Assembly (NCBI GenBank): GCA_018221105.1
Contig: JAAOYA010000008.1
Span: forward strand, 192,648 to 256,647
DNA from: Candidatus Woesearchaeota archaeon
GTDB taxonomy: Archaea; Nanobdellota; Nanobdellia; Woesearchaeales; JAAOYA01
Direction: 5' to 3'
DNA: 64,000 bases
The notes beneath the pieces were generated by a model that had not been told where the DNA came from, searched no databases, and was given only the letters and a program-made list of their open reading frames with translations. Position 1 is the stretch's first letter; each line of letters starts with the position of its first letter. A program made the translations under genes and the position numbers. This document shows positions 43,912-53,540 of the stretch, one piece after another.

Positions 43912-45267
43912 TTAGTAATAGGTTTGTCCTAGGTCTTTTTGCTCTTCATCGCCCTCTTTTGAGCGCATTTTTCTAAAGCCAATTATTAGACCTAACACGA
44001 CAAGCAATACTACTAATACTACTAGTCCTACTTCTAAGCCGGTTTTTAAGTTGTCAAACGTTGAGCTTTGTGCTTTTGCAACATTTGCGCTTAGTACAAA
44101 CTGTTCAGATTTCTCACCTGCGTTTACTGTGATTGCAAACATGTGAGTTCCCATTGCAGCTTCTTTGTTTGGTGTAACAAAAACGTACAATTGTTCTGTT
44201 TGTCCTGATTGCAAGACTGTTGCACTGTAAGGGTTAATGCTCACTGTTGCCCATTCATCTGCTCCTGTAACTTCTATGCTGTACTGTTCTGATGTACTGC
44301 CAGCGTTAGTGATTGTTACTGGATAAACTGCTCCCACTCCAATATTTGCTTCTTGGCTTGCAGGTCCAACTGTAACTAATGATTTTTGTGCGTCTTCACT
44401 AGTTGTTGGTGCAGTTGTGCTTGCTGGGCATTGGTCATTTTCTACAACGTCAATTGCGAATACTTCTGTTGTTTCTTCATACTTGTCGTATTCTACTGTT
44501 ACTTCAACGTCGTATGTTCCCTCAGTTGCACAGGTTGGAATTCTAAAATAGATTTCCTCGCTTGTGATTTCATCGTCTGACTCGATTTCGTCAATGTAGT
44601 CGCTTCCTGAAATTGCTAATTCTGGAATGTTGACTGTAATTTTGACTCCTTCTTCATCATCTTCTCCCATGTTTTCTACTCGAACTAGTGTTAGCAAAGC
44701 GTGACCTGCTGTTACTGTTCTTGATGGGTTAAAGGTGACGTCATTGATTGCTAGTAAGTTGTCAATTTCGTCTACTGCGATGTCGTATGTTTGAGTTATT
44801 TCATCGCCGTCTCTGTCTGATATATAGATTCTTAGTTGGTATTCGTCGGTTTCTACGTCTTCTGGCAGATTGAATTCTAAGAATTTTCTGTAGCTTCTGT
44901 TTGCTACCATGTCAAACGTTCTTGTAACGTCTGATAGTCGTTCTCTGCTGTTGTATTTGTTTGCTTTGATGACTGCTTCTATTTCAATGTCATCAAGGTC
45001 TACTAGACTTGAAATTTTTACTTCAATTTCAAGTGATTGTCCGCGTTCAATGTTTTCGTCATTGACTGCGTTTGGGTCTAGCGCGTCATCGTTTAATTCT
45101 ACTTTTTCGATAACTACAGGCAATGCTGTTGCTAGACTTGATGCTAGAATTGCAACAATTAATAGTGCAACAATGCTTATTAATTTCTTTGTCATTTTTC
45201 TTAAACCCCCAATGGTTTTTTTTGTAAGATTGTTATCCTCTTGTAAAAGCAAGTTATATATAAACAT
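43912..45267 (-). CDS. cell-surface protein with C-terminal TM anchor
   Basis: Signal peptide (ISIVALLIVAILASSLATA). Acidic beta-rich ectodomain. C-terminal LVVLVVLLVVLGLIIGFRKMRSK anchor. Confidence 0.45.
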   Translation of the reverse strand: MFIYNLLLQEDNNLTKKTIGGLRKMTKKLISIVALLIVAILASSLATALPVVIEKVELNDDALDPNAVNDENIERGQSLEIEVKISSLVDLDDIEIEAVIKANKYNSRERLSDVTRTFDMVANRSYRKFLEFNLPEDVETDEYQLRIYISDRDGDEITQTYDIAVDEIDNLLAINDVTFNPSRTVTAGHALLTLVRVENMGEDDEEGVKITVNIPELAISGSDYIDEIESDDEITSEEIYFRIPTCATEGTYDVEVTVEYDKYEETTEVFAIDVVENDQCPASTTAPTTSEDAQKSLVTVGPASQEANIGVGAVYPVTITNAGSTSEQYSIEVTGADEWATVSINPYSATVLQSGQTEQLYVFVTPNKEAAMGTHMFAITVNAGEKSEQFVLSANVAKAQSSTFDNLKTGLEVGLVVLVVLLVVLGLIIGFRKMRSKEGDEEQKDLGQTYY

Positions 45268-45328
45268 TTCGCTTTATTTAGTATTCTTGAGTAGTTAATA
45301 TTTTTCTCTATTCTCGAGTTGTAAGCGC

Positions 45329-48300
45329 CTAAATTATTGTTATAAAACGATGCTTTACGCGCCTTAGGGTACCATCCGAAATAACTATTCGAATTTCATA
45401 ATTACCGGTTTTTGCATCGCGCGGGATGTTTAGAACCGCTCTCTTATTAAGAGTTTTGCCTTCATCAACATCAAAGGTTCCAACAGTCCTAAAAATACCT
45501 AGTTGTGGTACCGCAAGAGTTATTTTTACGTCTTCTAAATCATCACCAAAAGTGTTTTCAAAACTCACAAACGTTGCAATTGCGTCCCCAGGCTTGTAAA
45601 ATTCTCCACTAACAACACTTAACCTGTTAAGTTTTAATATGTCTGTTGGCTTGTATAATGGCTCTTCACCAACCCTAATGGTTGTTGTGTCAGTTGCCAT
45701 ATCACCATCAGCATCAATTACTGTAAGTGTTACAGTGTAGCGTCCAGCATCACTAAAATCGTGTTGTGTGAATTGTCCTGTTGCAGCAGTTCCATCATCA
45801 AAGTCCCAAACATAATTTAAAGGTAAATCTCCGCTTCCTACAGCTTCAAAGTCAATAGTTAATGGTGCAACTCCGCTTTTTGGTGTCGCAATTATTTGAG
45901 CTGTTGCAGGCTGATCTAAAAGATTTGCACTGATTAAAATGCTATCGGTATCTGTGTCGCCATCAGCATCTGTTACTGTAACAGTTGCAGTGTAAACTCC
46001 GCTAAATATATAGGTGTGTGCAAGGCTTTGTAGATTGCTTGTTATGTTATCTCCAAAATTCCAACTATACGTATAAGGTGCTTCTCCACCAACTATCGAT
46101 AGATTGAATTGTACAGGTAGCGGTGCTTGGCCAGTTTGCGGGTTAGCATTAATAGTTACTGTTGGTACTGTGTCAGAAGGAATTATCTGGTTTACAGTGA
46201 TAGTCAATATTTCAGTGTCAATATCGCCATCAGTGTCTGTTACTGTCGCCATCACTGTGTAAATACCTGGTGTTGTGTAATTATTTGTTGGGCTTGCTAG
46301 GCTGCTTGTTGTTCCATCACCAAAATTCCAGCTGTAAGTATAAGGTGCTTCGCCACCAATTACTGCGCTGTTAAACTGCACGAATAACGGTTCAGTTCCA
46401 TTGTCAGGATTAGCAGTAATTGTTAGAATAGGCTGTGTGTCAATAATAGTACTAGGGTTTACTGTAACTGTTAGTGTTGCAGTGTCATTGTCACCATCAA
46501 CATCAAAAACAATTGCTGTCACAGTATAATTGCCTACAGTTGTATAATTATAAGTTGGGTTAGCTTGCGTGCTTATGCCAATGTCATCTCCAAAATCCCA
46601 AAAGTAAATAAATGGTGTTTCTCCAGCAACCACTACACTGTTAAATTGCACAAATAAAGGCACCGTACCATTATCAGGACTAGCGCTTATCGTAAGGTTT
46701 GGCTGCGTGTCAATTACTGGTGGAAGTGTTTGATTAACAAAAACAGTGAATGTGTCGCTTGCAGTGTATTGTCCGTCAGTTGTTTGTACTGTAATGTCTG
46801 TTGTTCCTTGTACTGTTGGAATGTTACAATTAATGTAACGATTGCTTGTTATAAAACAATTAACAACGCCAGTATTTGTCTGACTCGTAATGCTAAATGT
46901 TAGTTGATCATCTGATTGTTCGTTATCAATAGCATAAGACCATAAATCAATAAGACTAACGGGCGGGGTAATATTCTCTGTCAAATACAAATCCGGAAGA
47001 CCGAATAATTGTGGCGGCGTATTAACTGTTGATAAAGTAAACATTACAGTCATATCGTTATCAGTAACTTCAAAAGTTGCTGTTCTTGGCACGTAACCTA
47101 CTAGTGCTGCAATATATGTATAATTGTTAGGTGTTAATTCTATACTCACTTGACCGCTTGAATCAGTCATCAATTGTGTTGAGTCAACATTTATTGCAAC
47201 TCCTTGTAATATTTGGGCAGTCGTTGAATCACGTGCTTGAAAAGTAACAGTATAATTAGCAGTTGTGTCATTTGTTTGATTAGTATCATTTATGAAAACG
47301 CCGTTTACGAAGATTGTTTGTTCAATCATGTCTTCAGTTTGGTTAATTCCACTAAAGCAAAGACCTTTAGCGCTAATTCTTAAAAGATGCACCCCAGCAT
47401 TTTGCGGTGTCCAATCAAAACTAAAACTTTCTGATAAAAAACTATTATTGTTAGCTACAAGAAGTGCTGGTTGACTATCAACTAAGACACTATTTTCATC
47501 AAAAACTTCAAAATAAGTTTGTGTTTGTATTGGCGTATAAACGCTGTTATTATCAACGTAATTGCTGATTTTTTGAGCGCTAACAACAATTGACTGATTG
47601 ACTTGCAGTGTTGGATCATCAGTTTGTAAATTATTTAGTAAAGTGTAGCACTCGCCTTGTGGTTGTCGTGGGTAAACATCAAAATATTTTTGACTGTAAA
47701 GTGGAACATCGCTTGAGCACTTAGCATCTATAACTGTGCTTGTTACACGAGCAGTGTAATCACCTTCGATTACTGGAGTCCAACTAAAGTGTACGTTTTC
47801 ACTATCATCTGCAAAAATATATAATTCTGTGTTATCAGAGTGTACTATTGCTCCAGTATTTTGATTAATAATTTCTAAGTCAATTCTGGTACGAGCTGAA
47901 TAATACTCGTCTCTAATACTCTGGTCTAACGGAATAAATCGTACATCATCAAAGGTTTGTGTTAGTGCGCTGTGAGTTCGCGCGTCAAGCGCTGCACTAA
48001 CATTAACAATTAAAGGATTAAATGCTTCAACACTGTTTGTAACACTAAAATTATCTATTGTTGCACTGCAATTGTCTAATTTGTAAAATTCAACATTGTA
48101 ATCTTCACTACAGTCATTGCCTCCAATGCAATGCCAATAGGCTCTACCTTCCATTGGAACGTAGCCTAGTCGCAGACTAAAGCGAGCGTAACCAAAAGGC
48201 GATACTAAATTTGTAGGATATGGCACTGTTTGAGTGTTGCCAGAACCACTGTTTGCATCAAAAAAGAATGTGGTGCTAGTGTTTTCACAATCATCATCTA

Positions 48301-48454
48301 AACAAGTGTAAACTTGCGTTCTAACATTATTCAAATCATTATTTGTTGTTTGTTCAAAGTAATTATATGTTATATCTGTTGTTGCCATAGCTCCAACTAT
48401 TGTTACTATTAATGAAATGATTGCAAAAGTCCAAAACATTATTTTTTTCATCAT
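45329..48454 (-). CDS. large secreted cell-surface protein with tandem PKD domains
   Basis: Signal peptide. Four tandem ~90-aa repeats with PDNGT.PL.VQFN...GE.PY.Y.W.FGD...YTT.G.YTVT..V.D.DGD (PKD-domain consensus including WxFGDG). 1041 aa. Confidence 0.6.
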   Translation of the reverse strand: MMKKIMFWTFAIISLIVTIVGAMATTDITYNYFEQTTNNDLNNVRTQVYTCLDDDCENTSTTFFFDANSGSGNTQTVPYPTNLVSPFGYARFSLRLGYVPMEGRAYWHCIGGNDCSEDYNVEFYKLDNCSATIDNFSVTNSVEAFNPLIVNVSAALDARTHSALTQTFDDVRFIPLDQSIRDEYYSARTRIDLEIINQNTGAIVHSDNTELYIFADDSENVHFSWTPVIEGDYTARVTSTVIDAKCSSDVPLYSQKYFDVYPRQPQGECYTLLNNLQTDDPTLQVNQSIVVSAQKISNYVDNNSVYTPIQTQTYFEVFDENSVLVDSQPALLVANNNSFLSESFSFDWTPQNAGVHLLRISAKGLCFSGINQTEDMIEQTIFVNGVFINDTNQTNDTTANYTVTFQARDSTTAQILQGVAINVDSTQLMTDSSGQVSIELTPNNYTYIAALVGYVPRTATFEVTDNDMTVMFTLSTVNTPPQLFGLPDLYLTENITPPVSLIDLWSYAIDNEQSDDQLTFSITSQTNTGVVNCFITSNRYINCNIPTVQGTTDITVQTTDGQYTASDTFTVFVNQTLPPVIDTQPNLTISASPDNGTVPLFVQFNSVVVAGETPFIYFWDFGDDIGISTQANPTYNYTTVGNYTVTAIVFDVDGDNDTATLTVTVNPSTIIDTQPILTITANPDNGTEPLFVQFNSAVIGGEAPYTYSWNFGDGTTSSLASPTNNYTTPGIYTVMATVTDTDGDIDTEILTITVNQIIPSDTVPTVTINANPQTGQAPLPVQFNLSIVGGEAPYTYSWNFGDNITSNLQSLAHTYIFSGVYTATVTVTDADGDTDTDSILISANLLDQPATAQIIATPKSGVAPLTIDFEAVGSGDLPLNYVWDFDDGTAATGQFTQHDFSDAGRYTVTLTVIDADGDMATDTTTIRVGEEPLYKPTDILKLNRLSVVSGEFYKPGDAIATFVSFENTFGDDLEDVKITLAVPQLGIFRTVGTFDVDEGKTLNKRAVLNIPRDAKTGNYEIRIVISDGTLRRVKHRFITII
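45671..46747 (-). repeat. tandem coding repeats (four PKD-domain units) inside the 1041-aa surface protein gene
   Basis: DNA- and protein-level periodicity of about 270 nt visible in the sequence (repeated ...YTYSWNFGD... units). Confidence 0.5.
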
Positions 48455-48455
48455 T

Positions 48456-49478
48456 TTAATTGCCTACTCCGCCACCGCCTGTTTCTCCACCGCCAGCAGA
48501 ACCTCCTGAATCGGTTGATCCTCTAGTAGCATCTGAACCTTCATAAGTCTCGTGATCTGGTAAGTTTGGCCAAGTGTTAATAGAATGATCAATAGCTGTA
48601 TCGCCTTTGTTCAGAACTATTAATGTTTCAAGGTTATTCTCGTCTTCTACTTTATGTAGATCTGGCAATGTTACTATAAATCTACCTTTGGATTTCTCTT
48701 TTACTTTGTATTTTAAATCTTTGTCAGTGATTATTACAATATCGGGATTTTCTGTTTTTGGAGTTGTAGACTTATAGATTTCTATAACCTTCAGGCCATT
48801 TGTTCTCGCGTCTTCGATAAGTTTTAATACTTCTTTTTCAGTTGTTGCGACAGTGCCTTTTTTGAAACCTTTGTAGTCACAACGAATATCAAGATTTCGT
48901 TTTGGGAAACCATATTTGTCTAAAATTTTTGATTCTGCAACTCTTAATGACCCGTAAGGTCTATCAACAGCTTCTGGTTGTTCAGCTTCTGTTGCAGCGT
49001 AAGCTGGTTGAGAAACATTTGCTTGCTGTGCAGTATTAGCAATTGTACTGCTTGCGTTTGCACTAAGAACTGTTGAACTGATACCACTATTATCAGGTTC
49101 ATCTATAGTGTCTGCAGCATCATTAACAACTTCTACAGGTTTTGGACTTTCTGGCGTTTTAGGTTTTATAGGAGTTACTGCCGCACTACCCATTTTAGAA
49201 TCTAAACTTTCTGCATTTACAGATTTTTGCGTGTCATCACCAGTCTTTTCTTGTTCAACTTTTAAGTTTGTTGAATGGTTTGGCGCTACTTTATCAGCGT
49301 CTTTGCTTGTTATACCACAATAAGCTAGTGTTGCCAAGACAGCAAGTCCTGTTATTGCAGCTCCTTTTTTTATTGGCCCCCACTTTCTGTTTTTTGAAAA
49401 AGTAGGCAGTTTAGGATTTGGAAATTCTTCTTCTGCGCGCTCTAATCCTGTTTTGTTCGAGTTTTGTTCTGACGTCAT
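48456..49478 (-). CDS. membrane-anchored exported protein with Gly-rich C-terminus
   Basis: N-terminal TM (AAITGLAVLATLAYCGI). S/T/A-rich linker. C-terminal GGSAGGGETGGGGVGN. Stop is 1 nt from the PKD-protein start (operon). Confidence 0.4.
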   Translation of the reverse strand: MTSEQNSNKTGLERAEEEFPNPKLPTFSKNRKWGPIKKGAAITGLAVLATLAYCGITSKDADKVAPNHSTNLKVEQEKTGDDTQKSVNAESLDSKMGSAAVTPIKPKTPESPKPVEVVNDAADTIDEPDNSGISSTVLSANASSTIANTAQQANVSQPAYAATEAEQPEAVDRPYGSLRVAESKILDKYGFPKRNLDIRCDYKGFKKGTVATTEKEVLKLIEDARTNGLKVIEIYKSTTPKTENPDIVIITDKDLKYKVKEKSKGRFIVTLPDLHKVEDENNLETLIVLNKGDTAIDHSINTWPNLPDHETYEGSDATRGSTDSGGSAGGGETGGGGVGN

Positions 49479-49580
49479 TGTTGTGCTGGAGAGATAAGTC
49501 TTATATTTAAAGCTTTCTTATTTTCACTACTATGTGATAAGAACAAAACTCTTTTCTATATTGCCCTAAATATTAATTGA

Positions 49581-50642
49581 ATGATTACAGTCGTTGGAGG
49601 AGGGCCAGTAGGAAGCTTTAGTGCTTACAATCTAACAAAAAAAGGTCAAAAAGTTAGAATTTTTGAGGAACACAAAAAAATAGGTGTTCCTGTGCAATGT
49701 ACAGGTATCGTAACAAAACAAATCGATGACATAGTAAAACTTAAAAAAAATGTTATATTAAACAAAGTAACTAAAGCTAAAATTATAGCTCCAAACAACA
49801 AAAGTGTCACCTTAGCAGTAAAAGATTATGTTATTGACAGAACACTATTTGACGAGCAGTTATCCGATATGGCAGTTGACGCCGGAGCAAAATTATTTAC
49901 TAACACGCGATTTTTAGATTATACAAAAAGAGTCAAGGTGAAACAAGGCACTAAAACAAAATATTTTTCTACTGATTGGCTTGTTGGTGCTGACGGGCCA
50001 AATTCTAAAGTAAGATTATTAATAACTACTAAAAGACCGAAAGTGCTAGTCGGAAAACAAGCCATTATTAAAGGAAGTTTTGAGAAAAATACTTTTCAAG
50101 TATACTTAGACGTTCCAAATTTTTTTGGTTGGGTAGTGCCAATTGATTCAACAACAGCTCGCGTTGGACTAGCCACAACCACTAATGTTGCAAAACACTT
50201 TGAAAATTTCATAAAAGGCAAAGGCAAAATACAAGAATTACAAGCTGGAACAATACCAATTTTTAACCCTCTGCTCAAAACTCAAAAAAACAACATTCTA
50301 ATAGTGGGTGACGCAGCAGGACAAATCAAGGCAACAACTGGCGGAGGAATAATCCCAGGACTAAAAGCCTCAAAAATAGCAGCTAAAAGTATAATAAAAA
50401 AAAGTGATTATAACCTGTCATGCAAAGCAAAACTCGGTGTTGAACTAACAACTCATTTAATGATTAGAAAAACACTCAATAAATTTAGCGCAAAAGATTA
50501 TAATGAACTAATAACTCTTACAAATCAACAAAAAATACGTAATGTTTTTGCACAAGCTTCAAGAGATAATTTTTCATTAACAGCACTAAAATTGATGTTT
50601 CAAGAGCCAAAATACTTAAAATACTTAACAAAACTGTTCTAA
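49581..50642 (+). CDS. geranylgeranyl reductase-family FAD-dependent oxidoreductase
   Basis: MITVVGGGPVGSFSAYNL (GxGxxG FAD fold), VQCTG, LVGADGPNS, GDAAG motifs typical of archaeal GGR. 353 aa. Confidence 0.75.
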   Translation: MITVVGGGPVGSFSAYNLTKKGQKVRIFEEHKKIGVPVQCTGIVTKQIDDIVKLKKNVILNKVTKAKIIAPNNKSVTLAVKDYVIDRTLFDEQLSDMAVDAGAKLFTNTRFLDYTKRVKVKQGTKTKYFSTDWLVGADGPNSKVRLLITTKRPKVLVGKQAIIKGSFEKNTFQVYLDVPNFFGWVVPIDSTTARVGLATTTNVAKHFENFIKGKGKIQELQAGTIPIFNPLLKTQKNNILIVGDAAGQIKATTGGGIIPGLKASKIAAKSIIKKSDYNLSCKAKLGVELTTHLMIRKTLNKFSAKDYNELITLTNQQKIRNVFAQASRDNFSLTALKLMFQEPKYLKYLTKLF

Positions 50643-50696
50643 AAGCACAATCTTTAAATACAAAATTATTTTTTGAAAAGGTAGGGGAGTGAACAC

Positions 50697-53540
50697 TTGA
50701 CAAAGGAAAACGAAGAATTAAGCATCGATTTCAAAAAAATATCAAAATATTTTAAGAATTTTTTCAAAAGCGATTCAAAACAAACTAAAAAAACATCAAA
50801 AAGTGATGATAGTGATATGTCTATTGATGTTGCAAAAGTTATTGATTTTACAAAAAAATATGCTTTAGTATTTCTTATTTTAATACCTATAATTTTCAGT
50901 GTTTATCTAAGAATTACTCCTGCAAATCTTCCAGTAACAGATGATTGGGCGCGTCAAAGCGTTGATAATTTTTATCGTCAAAACATAGAAGCACAAATCA
51001 ATCAACAATACCCTAATCTTCCAGCCCAAAACAAACAAGCACTAGTCAATGAACAATTAAATATTATTAAAACACAAAACAAAGGCCAGTATGAACAACA
51101 ACTATCAAGTACTAGTCAAGAGTTTAAATCATGGTTGAAAAATGAAGATGGCACCACATATTTGTTAGCAATTGATCCTTACACTTGGTATCGTAGAGCA
51201 GGCAATATTGTAGAAAAGGGTCATGTTGGTGATGAAGTGCGTGATGGAGTACAATGGGACAATCACATGTTGGCACCGCTTGGTAGTCCGGCAGATATTA
51301 ATCTTCACACTTATTTAATAGCTTTTTTTTATAAGTTTTTGAAAATTTTCAACAAAGATATCAGCTTAATGGCTGCTTCTTTTTATATTCCGTTAATCAT
51401 TGCGACACTTTCAGTAATACCAGCATTTTTTATTGCTAGAAAGTATGGCGGCAACCTTGCAGGTCTTATTGCCAGCGTGATGGTTGCAATACACCCAGTT
51501 TTTTTATCAAGAACACCGGCAGGCTTTTCTGATACTGATGCTTACAACGTGTTTTTTCCACTGCTTATAATGTGGGTTTTTATTGAAGCATATGAAGCAA
51601 AAGATTTGAAATTAAAACTTGGTCTTGGGGCGCTAGCAGGCTTTTTTATAGGTTTGTATGCTTTTGCTTGGGCTGGTTGGTGGTATATCTTTGATTTTAT
51701 ACTAGTGACAATAATTGCTACAACAAGCTATTATTTGATAATAGGTTATTTAAACAAGAAAAAAGTCAAAACCAAAAATTTTAACACTCAAAGCGCCATG
51801 TTGTTAGGAGCTACTTATTTAGTGGCTTCAGCGATATTTATAACTATTTTTAAAAGCTTCAAAACATTTATTTCAGCTTTTACAAATCCAATATCATTTA
51901 CGCAAGTAAAGGACGTTGCATCATTTAAGATATGGCCTAATGTGTACACTACTGTTGCAGAACTTGGGAGTGCTTCAACAAATCAAACAATAAAAAGTAT
52001 TGGCGGCCCGTTTCTTTTTTTAATAGCTCTTATTGGCATCATAATAGTATTGTTTAAAAAGTTTGACAAAAACGAAATGCAAATGCTTACCTTAGCAGTG
52101 GGTTATTATTTGTTACTATTATTTTTTAGAAATTCAATCAATAACATCTTACTATTTTTGATTTTATTAGCACTACCAATAGCCCTAAGATTATACCAAT
52201 TAATAATGCAACGAGAAACCGACATCGATATTAAATATGCTATATTTTTGATAGTTTGGTTTTTAGGAACAATATATTCTGCAACTAAAGGTGTGCGTTT
52301 CATAATGCTTTTAGTGCCAGCTTTCAGTATAGCTTTAGGAATAGGTGCTTCAAGACTCTCACAACTGATAAGTCAATGGTTAGAGCATGACTTAGAATTT
52401 AATAAAAAAGCAGCAAAAACTCTAGTAATTACTATTGTATTAGTCGGAATTTTTATTTTTCCAACAAACATTATAGCCAGTGCAAAGCAAACATCAAAAA
52501 ATGAAATTCCAAGCATGAATGATGCATGGTATCAATCACTAGAAAAAATAAAATTTGAAAGCGAACCTGACGCAATTATTAACTCGTGGTGGGATTTTGG
52601 CCACTGGTTTAAAGCAATTGCTGATCGCAGAGTAACTTTTGATGGTGCAAGCCAGAATACTCCACAAGCACATTGGATTGGTAAAACACTATTGACCAGT
52701 GATCAAGATACCGCAATTGGCATTCTTCGAATGCTTGACTGTGGAGCAAATACAGCATTTGACGATTTAAACAATGTTCTTGATAATGAACCATTGTCTG
52801 TTGATGTCCTAAATGAAATAATCGTTCTTGATATGCAAAGCGCTAAAACAACACTAAAAAAATATGTGACCAATAATCAAGTTATAGATGATATTTTAGA
52901 AAAAACACATTGTGAACCTCCACAAAACTATTTTATTACCAGCCAAGATATGGTCGGAAAAAGCGGTGTGTGGGCGCACTTTGGAAGTTGGGATTTTTAC
53001 AGGGCATCAATGTACCAACAAGTTAGCTCTCTTGAACAATCACAAGGCATAAAAATTTTAGAAGAAGAATTTAACGTTAGCGACTCTCAAAAAACTTATT
53101 TTGAGATTAAAACAACAGACGCTGACCAATGGGTAGCACCTTGGCCTAGTTATGCTTCAGGAATTTTTGGTTGTCAAAAAACCAAAAATCAAATTTTATG
53201 TTCTAATGGAGTACAATTTAATATTAGCACTAGACAAGCTTTTATTCCAACACAACAAGGTTTACAGCTTGCTGATGCAGTATCATATGTTGAAAACGGT
53301 CAGTTTAAACTAAAACAATTAAATGGTGACACCGGGCTCGGAGTAGCTTTCATACCAAAAACTAATACATCATACAATGGAATTTTAATGCATGAAGACT
53401 TAACAGGCTCAATGTTTACAAGATTGTTCTTTTTTGATGGTTTAGGACTTGATGGTTTTGAAAAATTTAGTGATAAAACTGACGTGTTTGGCCAGCGAAT
53501 AATTGTTTGGAAGGTTAATTGGCAAGCAAATGAAAACTAA
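50697..53540 (+). CDS. aglB: oligosaccharyltransferase AglB (STT3 homologue)
   Basis: SWWDFGHW (WWDYG-type catalytic motif). 13 or so N-terminal TMs with DxD-containing loops, large C-terminal soluble domain. 947 aa. Confidence 0.85.
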   Translation: MTKENEELSIDFKKISKYFKNFFKSDSKQTKKTSKSDDSDMSIDVAKVIDFTKKYALVFLILIPIIFSVYLRITPANLPVTDDWARQSVDNFYRQNIEAQINQQYPNLPAQNKQALVNEQLNIIKTQNKGQYEQQLSSTSQEFKSWLKNEDGTTYLLAIDPYTWYRRAGNIVEKGHVGDEVRDGVQWDNHMLAPLGSPADINLHTYLIAFFYKFLKIFNKDISLMAASFYIPLIIATLSVIPAFFIARKYGGNLAGLIASVMVAIHPVFLSRTPAGFSDTDAYNVFFPLLIMWVFIEAYEAKDLKLKLGLGALAGFFIGLYAFAWAGWWYIFDFILVTIIATTSYYLIIGYLNKKKVKTKNFNTQSAMLLGATYLVASAIFITIFKSFKTFISAFTNPISFTQVKDVASFKIWPNVYTTVAELGSASTNQTIKSIGGPFLFLIALIGIIIVLFKKFDKNEMQMLTLAVGYYLLLLFFRNSINNILLFLILLALPIALRLYQLIMQRETDIDIKYAIFLIVWFLGTIYSATKGVRFIMLLVPAFSIALGIGASRLSQLISQWLEHDLEFNKKAAKTLVITIVLVGIFIFPTNIIASAKQTSKNEIPSMNDAWYQSLEKIKFESEPDAIINSWWDFGHWFKAIADRRVTFDGASQNTPQAHWIGKTLLTSDQDTAIGILRMLDCGANTAFDDLNNVLDNEPLSVDVLNEIIVLDMQSAKTTLKKYVTNNQVIDDILEKTHCEPPQNYFITSQDMVGKSGVWAHFGSWDFYRASMYQQVSSLEQSQGIKILEEEFNVSDSQKTYFEIKTTDADQWVAPWPSYASGIFGCQKTKNQILCSNGVQFNISTRQAFIPTQQGLQLADAVSYVENGQFKLKQLNGDTGLGVAFIPKTNTSYNGILMHEDLTGSMFTRLFFFDGLGLDGFEKFSDKTDVFGQRIIVWKVNWQANEN

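Noticed and set aside
44386-45298. Plus-strand ORFs 44386-44580 and 44909-45298
   Set aside because: Antisense to the acidic surface-protein gene. Cys/Ser-rich shadow frames.
45671-46747. Regular approximately 270-nt DNA periodicity that could be mistaken for a repeat array
   Set aside because: Units are long, divergent and in-frame coding PKD domains. No short direct repeats with unique spacers, so not CRISPR.
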